Positions 28,270 through 36,034 of a stretch of 64,000 bases of DNA are shown one piece after another. The number at the start of each line of letters is the position of its first letter. The first letter of the stretch is position 1. The notes under the pieces were generated by a model. The model did no database searches. It was given only the letters and a program-made list of their open reading frames with translations, and was not told the DNA's origin. This DNA comes from an uncultured virus (IMG/VR IMGVR_UViG_3300010885_003339) (lineage: Duplodnaviria; Heunggongvirae; Uroviricota; Caudoviricetes), in the IMG/VR virus record IMGVR_UViG_3300010885_003339; one strand, given 5' to 3'. Position numbers and translations under genes: made by a program.

Positions 28270-28986
28270 ATGTCCAAGAAGCCTAAAAAGCCAATCAACA
28301 CAAACACACAGCAACAGCACCGTCCAGTGAATCATTTTGAATTGAGAAGCATCAAACCTCTCACAGTTAACCAAGAGAACACCTTTGATGCATATCACGA
28401 TGGTTACAATCTAATGTTACATGGTTATGCAGGCACAGGCAAAACATTCTGCGCTCTATATCTCGCATTGAAAGATATTCTATCCGGCCGTTCTGATGCG
28501 GAGAGAATCATCCTAATTCGTTCTGTGGTTCCATCTAGAGATATGGGTTTTCTTCCAGGTTCTATCAAAGATAAGATCAAAGTCTATGAAGAACCATATA
28601 AAGAAATTTGTGATGATCTATTTGGTCGCGGAGATGGCTATGACATATTGAAGATGAAGAAACTGGTTGAGTTTACAACCACATCATTCCTTAGAGGTTT
28701 GACATTCAACAATGCCATTGTTATCGTGGATGAAACCAATAACATGCTCATGTCAGAACTGGATACAGTCATGACCCGAATGGGCAATAACTCTCGTATC
28801 ATCTTCTGTGGTGACTATCGTCAGACAGACCTGAACAAGCCTCATGAAAAAGAAGGCATCACACAGTTTATGAAGATTACCCATAAAATAAATAGTTTCA
28901 GACACATTGAGTTCCAGAAAGAGGATATCGTCCGCTCTGGAGTTGTCAAGGACTATATCATCCAGAAAACGGAAATGGGACTATGA
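28270..28986 (+). CDS. phoH: PhoH-like ATPase
   Basis: Walker A GYAGTGKT, GFLPG, FLRGLTF, DE, TRMG, GD..Q.DL, DIVRS; ATG 28270 after AGGAG. Confidence 0.92.
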   Translation: MSKKPKKPINTNTQQQHRPVNHFELRSIKPLTVNQENTFDAYHDGYNLMLHGYAGTGKTFCALYLALKDILSGRSDAERIILIRSVVPSRDMGFLPGSIKDKIKVYEEPYKEICDDLFGRGDGYDILKMKKLVEFTTTSFLRGLTFNNAIVIVDETNNMLMSELDTVMTRMGNNSRIIFCGDYRQTDLNKPHEKEGITQFMKITHKINSFRHIEFQKEDIVRSGVVKDYIIQKTEMGL

Positions 28987-29546
28987 AAAAATTCAAAGAA
29001 TATATCAAAGAACAGGCGGATGACCCTATGCTGGCCTTCCGCAAGAAGAAGAAAAAGGAACACCTAGAAGAAGGTAATCCTCTCTCCCGTATGACTAAGC
29101 TTGATGCTGAAGGCCGTCATTCTATCGTCATGTCCGCTGAAAGACATAACTTGACACCTGATGAAAATGGTGCTAGAATGGCTGAGTTGAAGAAGCAATG
29201 GAAAGACCGTGGTTACGGATTTCGCAAGACTGAAGGCAAGTGGGATGAAGGTGGCGGAGTAGGCAGAGAGAACTCCATCCATGTTTTTGCTAAAGGCTCT
29301 AAGAAAGAAGATAGTGCTGAACTGCTAAAACATGCGAAAGAACTTTCGACACACCACAACCAAGATGCTTTCATTCATCGTTCACCGACCGGTAAAGGCA
29401 CTGCGGTCTACACAGGCACAGAGAAGAAGGGTGAGAAGGTTAGCTACGGTAACACTGCTTATAATGCAAGAAACCCATATGGTGAAACGCAATATAAGAA
29501 GAACAAGCCAGAAGCTAAGAGACCATCCTTTACGTTTAAGGAGTGA
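28983..29546 (+). CDS. SAM lyase (T3 SAMase)-like protein with capsid-targeting N-terminus
   Basis: MKKFKEYIKE leader; MSAERHNL..EN..R, GKWDE, RENSI, NQDAF line up with T3 SAMase motifs as recalled; AATAAATA at 28887. Confidence 0.55.
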   Translation: MKKFKEYIKEQADDPMLAFRKKKKKEHLEEGNPLSRMTKLDAEGRHSIVMSAERHNLTPDENGARMAELKKQWKDRGYGFRKTEGKWDEGGGVGRENSIHVFAKGSKKEDSAELLKHAKELSTHHNQDAFIHRSPTGKGTAVYTGTEKKGEKVSYGNTAYNARNPYGETQYKKNKPEAKRPSFTFKE

Positions 29547-29734
29547 TTATGAACATTGGTGATAAAGAATATCGTGAGAAGCTAAAGCAATATTTTGAAG
29601 AGGTGGGTCCAAACACAGGCACTAACATGGCTGGTAAATGGGCTTGGCACATCACTCAAGAGAAAGCATTTCGTAAGACATTGAAAGAACGTAACATCGA
29701 GGTCGGCAAAGAGCATATAAAAAGCAACAACTAA
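29543..29734 (+). CDS. Hypothetical protein
   Basis: Coupled by overlaps at both ends. Confidence 0.5.
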   Translation: MIMNIGDKEYREKLKQYFEEVGPNTGTNMAGKWAWHITQEKAFRKTLKERNIEVGKEHIKSNN

Positions 29735-30489
29735 TGCAAAGATATAAAAGCGTATTCATATCTGATGTTCACTTGGGCACCAGAGGTTCCAAGTCTGAAC
29801 TTTTACTAGACTTCTTAAAAGATGTAGAATGCGAAAATCTCTTCTTAGTCGGCGATATCTTTGATGGTTGGCGACTAAAGAAAGGCTGGTATTGGCCTCA
29901 AGAACACTCAACTGTAATACAAAAGATCCTTCGTATGTCTCGCAAAGGTACGAAGGTCTTTTATATTCCTGGAAATCATGATGAGTTTATGAGACAGTTT
30001 CTAGAGCATTCATTTGGTGCTGTTGAACTGCATGATGAGATGATCTATGAAAGTGTTCTAGGTAAAAAGTATATCATCATTCATGGCGATAAGTTTGACT
30101 TCGTTACTATGAATATGTCTTGGCTCTCTCATATCGGTGATTGGGCTTATACTGGCTTACTAAACATAAACACACTGGTACATAAGATACGTTCATACTT
30201 TAGACTACCTTATTGGTCATTATCAAAGTGGGCAAAGCAACGAGTTAAAGAAGCTGTCAACTTTATAGGTAACTATGAACATTCTCTCACGCATTACGCT
30301 AGAATTAAACACGTTGATGGTATTATCTGCGGGCATATTCATTCGGCTAATATGGATATTATAAATGGTATAGAATATATGAATTGTGGTGATTGGGTTG
30401 AATCATGCACCGCATTGGTTGAACACTGTAATGGTCGATTTGAAATCATTCATTGGAGACAAAATGTCGAAAATCCTGATTGTATCTGA
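29734..30489 (+). CDS. plcP: PlcP-like phospholipase C (LpxH-superfamily metallophosphoesterase)
   Basis: SDVHLG, LVGDIFDGW, W.WPQ.H, PGNHDE, HGD.FD, YWSLS, CGHIH, N.GDWVESCTALVE. Confidence 0.75.
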   Translation: MQRYKSVFISDVHLGTRGSKSELLLDFLKDVECENLFLVGDIFDGWRLKKGWYWPQEHSTVIQKILRMSRKGTKVFYIPGNHDEFMRQFLEHSFGAVELHDEMIYESVLGKKYIIIHGDKFDFVTMNMSWLSHIGDWAYTGLLNINTLVHKIRSYFRLPYWSLSKWAKQRVKEAVNFIGNYEHSLTHYARIKHVDGIICGHIHSANMDIINGIEYMNCGDWVESCTALVEHCNGRFEIIHWRQNVENPDCI

Positions 30490-31459
30490 TACATGGTCAC
30501 CACATATCAACGGTGTGGTGACCACTCTCAAGAAGATAGAAGAGTATGCAAAGGGTGAGGTTGAATTTGTTACACCACACTCATTCAAAACACACGCAAA
30601 CCCATTCTATCCAGAACTCCGACTCGCCTTTCCCAATCAAAAAGAGATTCAAACAGTCGTCGATTCTATTCAACCTGAGTTTATTCACATTGCAACCGAA
30701 GGTCCTATCGGTTATGCAATGCGTAAGTGGTGTGTGAGAAAAAAAGTTAAGTTTACTACTAGCTATCACACAAAGTTTCCTGAATACTTCAAAGCATACT
30801 TTAACATACCCACATGTATCACCTATCCATATTTCAAATGGTTTCATAATGCAGGTAAAGGTATATTTGTTGCAACCGAGTCGCTACGTCTTGACCTTGA
30901 GAAGAAAGGTTTCAAGAACTGCATGGCTTGGGCAAGAGGTGTTGATACGGAATTGTTTTGGGATTATGATAACCAACCAAAAGCAGATCCTAAATTTGCG
31001 TTGTTTGTTGGTCGAGTATCTAAAGAGAAGAACATCGAGGCGTTTCTCAATCTCAAGTATAATGGTGTGAAGGTCGTTGTTGGTGATGGACCGCAACTCA
31101 AAGAACTCAAGAAAAAGTATCCTGATGTTCAATTCAAAGGTTCGATGACGGGTGAGTTTCTTGCATGGTATTACCAGAATGCTGAAGTGTTTGTTTTCCC
31201 TAGCAAGTCAGATACCTTTGGTTTGGTTATGCTAGAAGCACTGGCCTGTGGAACACCTGTAGCCGCATATAACGTAACGGGACCAAAAGATGTGATCATT
31301 CCATCTGTTGGCTGTGTTGATGATGACTTGCAAAAAGCACTTGACACAGCCGTCCATTGTGATAGAATGGTCTGTAGAAATTATGCGGAACGATTCAGTT
31401 GGAAGAAAGTGGTTGATATCTTTATCAAGAAAGTGAAATATGAAAACGTTCCGTCATAA
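30464..31459 (+). CDS. GT4 glycosyltransferase, Agt-like diacylglycerol glycosyltransferase
   Basis: D.W.P.INGVV.TL, YPELRLA, HIATEGPIG, FTTSYHTKFPEY, RGVD, VGRVSKEKN, DTFGLVMLEA. Confidence 0.8.
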   Translation: MSKILIVSDTWSPHINGVVTTLKKIEEYAKGEVEFVTPHSFKTHANPFYPELRLAFPNQKEIQTVVDSIQPEFIHIATEGPIGYAMRKWCVRKKVKFTTSYHTKFPEYFKAYFNIPTCITYPYFKWFHNAGKGIFVATESLRLDLEKKGFKNCMAWARGVDTELFWDYDNQPKADPKFALFVGRVSKEKNIEAFLNLKYNGVKVVVGDGPQLKELKKKYPDVQFKGSMTGEFLAWYYQNAEVFVFPSKSDTFGLVMLEALACGTPVAAYNVTGPKDVIIPSVGCVDDDLQKALDTAVHCDRMVCRNYAERFSWKKVVDIFIKKVKYENVPS

Positions 31460-32126
31460 GACAAACTTGGTCAAACTAGAACCGCTGCCAGACGAGATCA
31501 TTGATGGTAAGCGGTTCTACACTGCACCAAGCGGTAACAAGCTACCCTCCGTCACCACCGTGCTAGGTCACTTCAAGAAGCAAAAACTTGTCGAGTGGCA
31601 GGACAAGGTCGGCTTAGAAGAAGCTGAACGTATCAAGACTCGTGCAAGCCTTCGTGGTACCAAATTTCATAACATGATGGAAAAGTATCTGCTAAACGAA
31701 AGCAAGCGTATCATCTTTGAAGATGTTATGCCTGATATGAAACAGGCCTTCAATGATGCTAGACCATATATTGACAAGATCGACGAGATACATTATATTG
31801 AATCTCCATTGTATTCGGAGGCTCTCGGATTGGCTGGTCGAACCGATGTGATTGCCGAGTATGATGGTGTGCCTTCAATCATCGACTTCAAGACCTCGTT
31901 GAGGATTAAGAAAGAATCGTGGATCGAAAACTACTTTGAACAGGGAACAGCCTACTCACTAATGTATGAAGAACTAACTGGTATCAAGATCGAACAGATT
32001 GTGATTATCATATCGGTTGATCATGAGGATAAACCTCAAGAGTTTATCAAGAACCGAAATGACTATGTTGACTCACTGATGGATAAAATCGAAGCCTATA
32101 AAAAGGAACATTCTAATGTATATTGA
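31440..32126 (+). CDS. PD-(D/E)xK exonuclease of T4-like phages
   Basis: PSVTTVL, RGT.FH, AGRTD, IIDFKTS, Q..AY. Confidence 0.85.
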   Translation: MKTFRHKTNLVKLEPLPDEIIDGKRFYTAPSGNKLPSVTTVLGHFKKQKLVEWQDKVGLEEAERIKTRASLRGTKFHNMMEKYLLNESKRIIFEDVMPDMKQAFNDARPYIDKIDEIHYIESPLYSEALGLAGRTDVIAEYDGVPSIIDFKTSLRIKKESWIENYFEQGTAYSLMYEELTGIKIEQIVIIISVDHEDKPQEFIKNRNDYVDSLMDKIEAYKKEHSNVY

Positions 32127-32307
32127 AATTTGGGCTATCCCTATCTTCGCATGTCTCTTCGGTTATTGTGCTTTGTGGAATAGAAAGCATGGTAAGATTG
32201 ATGGCATTGAGTTAACGGTGAACTACCTATGTGATAGGGGTATCATCAAACTCCCCGGTGAGCAAGTCTTAGAGGGAATGGGCTTTCGAGTTAAAATTAA
32301 AGAGTGA
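32116..32307 (+). CDS. Small membrane-anchored hypothetical protein
   Basis: N-terminal hydrophobic helix; RBS AAGGA. Confidence 0.5.
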   Translation: MYIEIWAIPIFACLFGYCALWNRKHGKIDGIELTVNYLCDRGIIKLPGEQVLEGMGFRVKIKE

Positions 32308-32314
32308 GATTATC

Positions 32315-32494
32315 ATGAATATGACTTGGAAATTGTTCAGTGGTTTTGTAATCGGGTTTCTGTTTCTTCCACTGATAGTGATGCTTGACAAATATGTAGG
32401 ACCTGGAGCAGGATCCATCGCTATTGCTATGCTTGGAATGGGTATCTGCGTAGCGGCCTGTGTTTGGTTGATTGAAAAGATGAGTAAACTCTGA
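32315..32494 (+). CDS. 59-aa two-helix membrane protein (not in the ORF track)
   Basis: MNMTWKLFSGFVIGFLFLPLIVMLDKYVGPGAGSIAIAMLGMGICVAACVWLIEKMSKL. Confidence 0.5.
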   Translation: MNMTWKLFSGFVIGFLFLPLIVMLDKYVGPGAGSIAIAMLGMGICVAACVWLIEKMSKL

Positions 32495-32519
32495 GGTTGC
32501 CAACAGAGGCCACTTGTGA

Positions 32520-32527
32520 TATAAATA
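32520..32527 (+). promoter_or_regulatory. T4 late promoter driving the tmRNA
   Basis: Perfect TATAAATA. Confidence 0.75.
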
Positions 32528-32532
32528 TAGAT

Positions 32533-32830
32533 GCTAAGGTTGTTGATAATGACATAATATACGGAAGAGACCTCGGGGCAGTACCGAGCGGGTCCACCAT
32601 AGATACATAGAAGGTTGTTGACCTTTTAAGGCAGTTAGCTAATGCCACCTGAGTAGAAGTCTCGGCTATGTATCTTTGATGGGCCCGAAATAGAATCGAT
32701 CTACGAGTAAAAGTCAGAGTAGACCAAGGCAAAACATAAATGCAGCAAACGATAACTTTGCATTTGAGACACGCCTAGCGGCTTAATCTCATTGGGTATG
32801 GGTTCCACCTCGAAACAGAACGGGCCCACT
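32533..32830 (+). ncRNA. ssrA: Circularly permuted two-piece tmRNA (alphaproteobacterial type)
   Basis: Acceptor piece first: T-arm CTCGG-GGCAGTA-CCGAG then CGGGTCC-A-CCA ending at 32599. Coding piece starts GGGCCCG at 32681 and gives a G3-U70 pair. Tag frame 32742-32786 reads AANDNFAFETRLAA*. Outer ends approximate. Confidence 0.93.
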
Positions 32831-32834
32831 TTAT

Positions 32835-32905
32835 GTCGCTGTCGGTGTTGATGGGAAACACAGATCGATAAGACTAGGACTTCCGTTCGAATCGGAACAG
32901 CGGCG
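32835..32905 (+). ncRNA. tRNA-like RNA with degenerate anticodon arm and no encoded CCA
   Basis: Acceptor GTCGCTG/CAGCGGC, D-arm GTGTT-GATGGGA-AACAC, T-arm TTCCG-TTCGAAT-CGGAA. Confidence 0.7.
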
Positions 32906-32933
32906 CTTTGACACACAAACACAGGAGACTATC

Positions 32934-33167
32934 ATGTCAAAAACACCATTCGAGATTCGTTTAGAACTCTTGAACCTCGCTAAAGATATCCTCACAGAAA
33001 AAGCATTCAATGAACGTAACCGTCTTGAACAAGATTGGTTTGCGAAGCGTGAAATTTGCACGAAAAACAATGATTCTGTGCCTGCTTTTCCAAAGACGCC
33101 CACTATTGATGAGGATGAAATTGCACAACTTGCTAAGAAGCTGAACGACTTTGTATCCAACGGATAA
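32934..33167 (+). CDS. Conserved hypothetical protein
   Basis: MSKTPFEIRLELL..AK..A.KLN.FVS; RBS AGGAG. Confidence 0.65.
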   Translation: MSKTPFEIRLELLNLAKDILTEKAFNERNRLEQDWFAKREICTKNNDSVPAFPKTPTIDEDEIAQLAKKLNDFVSNG

Positions 33168-33174
33168 GGAGATT

Positions 33175-33200
33175 GGGAGAGGTGAAAGCCTCTCCCTTTT
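33175..33200 (+). terminator. Intrinsic terminator
   Basis: GGGAGAGG-TGAAAG-CCTCTCCC-TTTT. Confidence 0.75.
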
Positions 33201-33205
33201 ACATC

Positions 33206-33439
33206 ATGGCAAATAAAGAAGAAATCACCAACTTTTCATTAGAGATCGAAGAACTTGTATGGGAAAAAGATATTTCATATATGGAAGCTATCGTCTTGCA
33301 CTGCGAACAAACAGGCCTTGAAATTGAACTAGCCGCCAAACTAATCTCTGGTGCGCTCAAGTCTAAGATCAAGCTTGAGGCTGAAGAACTGAACTTCTTA
33401 CCTAAGTCTAATACTGCGAAACTTTCTATCTGGGGTTAA
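33206..33439 (+). CDS. gp33: Late transcription coactivator (T4 gp33-like)
   Basis: FS.EIE.LV....SYMEAIV..CE...EIE...KLIS..LKSKI..EA..LNFL; synteny with gp59/gp32. Confidence 0.85.
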   Translation: MANKEEITNFSLEIEELVWEKDISYMEAIVLHCEQTGLEIELAAKLISGALKSKIKLEAEELNFLPKSNTAKLSIWG

Positions 33440-33442
33440 AAC

Positions 33443-34177
33443 ATGGCTGTAGATATTGACAACTTGATTCGAACTAAAACTGTAGGTCCCGCCATATGGA
33501 CTTCTACAGGTACAGGTGGTACACCTCCGAACACTGGTGTTGGTACATCACTAAACGGTATGAGTGGACATTATCAGACCTATGATGACCCTATGAAACC
33601 TGCATCAGCGTTTAACTCTATGGAAGAATTTAACATTAAGCTGGTCAAAAGTCGAGCCAAAGAAATTTGTGCCGATCTCGACTTCACTAGACAGATGTTC
33701 AGAGGTATGCAACCAAGGTATACATTAGCTGGTGGTTGTTTTGCTTCTATGTTTCTCAACGAACGACCTAAAGACTATGATATCTTTTTTCTAGACTGTG
33801 ATGAAAATATGGCTGTGGCAGAAAAACTCAACACAAATGAAATTAAATTTAGTGTAATAAGAACCAAAGAACAACTAGACTATCTCAAGAACAAGAACAT
33901 CACAGCAATCGTCGATCATAGTATTGGTGATATAGATTACCAATTCATCTTCACCAAGTATAGAACTCGTCAGGAGTTGATTGCTCACTTCGACTTCTTA
34001 CATGCATGTGTTTCATATGTTCCACATGATGATAAACTTTATATCTCAAGATCCACATACGACTCGATAATGAGTAAGAAGCTGGTACCTAATCCAACAG
34101 CACCTTATCCTAGCACATGGCGTTTCGACAAATTCTTAAATAAAGGTTGGATTACCGATGAGACTTTCAGCCTTTGA
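33443..34177 (+). CDS. Nucleotidyltransferase (CCA-adding/poly(A) polymerase head-domain-like)
   Basis: LAGGC..S...PKDYDIF, IDYQFI, FDF.H. Confidence 0.65.
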   Translation: MAVDIDNLIRTKTVGPAIWTSTGTGGTPPNTGVGTSLNGMSGHYQTYDDPMKPASAFNSMEEFNIKLVKSRAKEICADLDFTRQMFRGMQPRYTLAGGCFASMFLNERPKDYDIFFLDCDENMAVAEKLNTNEIKFSVIRTKEQLDYLKNKNITAIVDHSIGDIDYQFIFTKYRTRQELIAHFDFLHACVSYVPHDDKLYISRSTYDSIMSKKLVPNPTAPYPSTWRFDKFLNKGWITDETFSL

Positions 34178-34835
34178 TACATTCTGCATGTTCATGGCTC
34201 TCAAGAACCACTTTACAACCGAGAGTTATGACTTTGTGAAATATAAAGGTAAGGTGAGGTTTACACAAGAAACCTTCCTGTCTAATAAAGATAAATTGCA
34301 CTATCAAAGACTCTCTAGGATTTGTGACGAGAACGATATGCACGATTATCTTATCGCCACATTCATTGCAGATAAGAGATGGATCGGTCACTTTCTAGAT
34401 GAAGAGGCTAAAGACCGCTTCACCGAGTATCGTAAGCGCAAGCAATCACTAGGATATATGTTTGGTAATGAACTTGATAAGTTGTTCTTTATACAAGCAC
34501 CTGAACTGGCTTTCAAGCCTACCGACAACTATGCTCTGCCTATTCGAATGTATATGCAGGGTGATATGTCACTTGAAACCTTTGCACTGCTAAGTAAGTA
34601 TCTAGGCCTCACAGAATCCTATGATGCTAAGTATGGAAAAGATGATATTGTTTGGGGTAGGATGAGTATGCTTATCAGAAAATTCACATCGTTCTTAGTG
34701 TGTGATGATAAGAAGATGAAATCCATTTTGAAGGATAAGATCAATGAAAACATTTCCAGAAAAGAACAAGAGCCGAGCCAAACGGCGTATATCGGAAGCC
34801 AAGAAGTTCAAAAAGGCCATGAAGGTTGCCGATGA
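34158..34835 (+). CDS. gp59: Helicase loader (T4 gp59-like)
   Basis: MALKNHFT...YDF.KY.GK, SLET; lies between gp33 and gp32. Confidence 0.85.
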   Translation: MRLSAFDTFCMFMALKNHFTTESYDFVKYKGKVRFTQETFLSNKDKLHYQRLSRICDENDMHDYLIATFIADKRWIGHFLDEEAKDRFTEYRKRKQSLGYMFGNELDKLFFIQAPELAFKPTDNYALPIRMYMQGDMSLETFALLSKYLGLTESYDAKYGKDDIVWGRMSMLIRKFTSFLVCDDKKMKSILKDKINENISRKEQEPSQTAYIGSQEVQKGHEGCR

Positions 34836-35004
34836 TGTATTCCAATACACAAACAATGACGAATGGAAACTAGCATGGGTTCGTAGGCATGCCAACAACT
34901 TAAAAGCCTGCTCATGCTGGATGTGCTGTAACTCTAGAACCAATGGTGAGATTACGGTGCAAGAAAAGAAATTTAAGGAAAGCCTTAAATGCGAAGCCGA
35001 ATGA
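34744..35004 (+). CDS. Small basic Cys-cluster protein
   Basis: CSCWMCCNSR..T.QEK motif; RBS AAGGA; overlaps the gp59 tail. Confidence 0.55.
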   Translation: MKTFPEKNKSRAKRRISEAKKFKKAMKVADDVFQYTNNDEWKLAWVRRHANNLKACSCWMCCNSRTNGEITVQEKKFKESLKCEAE

Positions 35005-35005
35005 G

Positions 35006-35044
35006 GCTAAATAACTTGACAGAACGAGAAAGTTCTGTTACTAT
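35006..35044 (+). promoter_or_regulatory. Tandem late-type and sigma70 promoters for gp32
   Basis: GCTAAATA (35006) and TTGACA(35016)-N17-TACTAT. Confidence 0.65.
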
Positions 35045-35079
35045 ACAACATATACACTGTAACATACGGAGAACATACT

Positions 35080-36003
35080 ATGTCAAACTTTGCAACACTC
35101 AAGAAGTCCTCAAACTCCCTCGACCGTCTCACCAAAGAAATCGAAAAGCTGAACACACCTGCATCCTCAAATGAGAGCAAGGGTGATGACCGCTTTTGGA
35201 AACTCGAACGTGATAAGTCAGGCAATGGTTCAGCGGTCATCCGCTTCCTGCCTACTCCTGCGGTAGATGGTGATGATGGTCTGCCTTGGGTTCGTTATTT
35301 CGACCATGGATTCAAAGGCCCAACCGGTAAGTGGTATATCGAAAACTCTCTCACCTCTCTTGGTGATAAGACAAAAGATCCACTCGGTGAGTTCAATTCA
35401 TATCTCTGGAATCTTTCAGATGATGACAACTCGTGGTCTCGTAAGCAGGCCCGTGCCCAAAAGCGCCGCTTGCACTATGTTTCAAATATTATGGTCATCT
35501 CTGACCCTAAGCACCCCGAAAACGAAGGCAAAATCTTCCTCTATAAGTTCGGTAAGAAAATCTTTGATAAGATCACTCTTGCAATGAACCCTGAGTTCGA
35601 AGGTGATAAGCCAGTCAATCCATTTGATTTATGGAAGGGTGCAAACTTCAAGCTTCGCATTCGGACTGTTGATGGTTATCCAAACTATGATCAGTCATTG
35701 TTTGATGCTGTTAACCCATTGAATGATAATGATGATGAACTTGAGCGTGTTTGGAACAAAGAGTATTCTCTGAGGGAGTTTACTGATAGTGGTGCCTATA
35801 AGTCATATTCTCAACTCAAGGCTCGCCTTGATGAAATCTTGGCTGAAGATCGTGGCTATCAAGACTTCTGTGGTAATACTCGCCCTGCGGCACCTGTTGC
35901 GGCCCCAGTCGCTAAGGCGGTTGCAGCAAGTGAACCTTCATGGAATAATTCATCTACTGAAGATGATGACGACCTTGAAGCCTTCCGTAAATTGGCGGTC
36001 TAA
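35080..36003 (+). CDS. gp32: Single-stranded DNA-binding protein (T4 gp32-like)
   Basis: DDRFWK..DKSGNG.AVIRFLP, WYIENSLT, YKFGKKIFDKI, GANFKL, acidic tail. Confidence 0.95.
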   Translation: MSNFATLKKSSNSLDRLTKEIEKLNTPASSNESKGDDRFWKLERDKSGNGSAVIRFLPTPAVDGDDGLPWVRYFDHGFKGPTGKWYIENSLTSLGDKTKDPLGEFNSYLWNLSDDDNSWSRKQARAQKRRLHYVSNIMVISDPKHPENEGKIFLYKFGKKIFDKITLAMNPEFEGDKPVNPFDLWKGANFKLRIRTVDGYPNYDQSLFDAVNPLNDNDDELERVWNKEYSLREFTDSGAYKSYSQLKARLDEILAEDRGYQDFCGNTRPAAPVAAPVAKAVAASEPSWNNSSTEDDDDLEAFRKLAV

Positions 36004-36007
36004 GATT

Positions 36008-36034
36008 AAAGGGGACCTTCGGGTCCCTTTTTTT
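36008..36034. terminator. Bidirectional intrinsic terminator with UUCG loop
   Basis: AAAGGGGACC-TTCG-GGTCCCTTTTTTT between convergent genes. Confidence 0.88.

Noticed and set aside
28180..29740. Pho box controlling phoH or plcP
   Set aside because: No CTGTCAT-like 11-bp tandem repeat seen upstream of either gene.
29734..30489. Lipid A enzyme LpxH
   Set aside because: GNHD rather than GNRD, plus coupling to an Agt-like GT4, favours PlcP; not fully excluded without a tree.
31440..32126. Exonuclease as Cas4, or its MKTF start as a capsid-targeting sequence
   Set aside because: No Fe-S cysteines or array; the N-terminus lacks the Glu at position 10; it is the usual phoH-linked exonuclease.
32835..32905. 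Functional decoding tRNA
   Set aside because: No 5-bp stem with 7-nt anticodon loop can be formed; reported as tRNA-like only.
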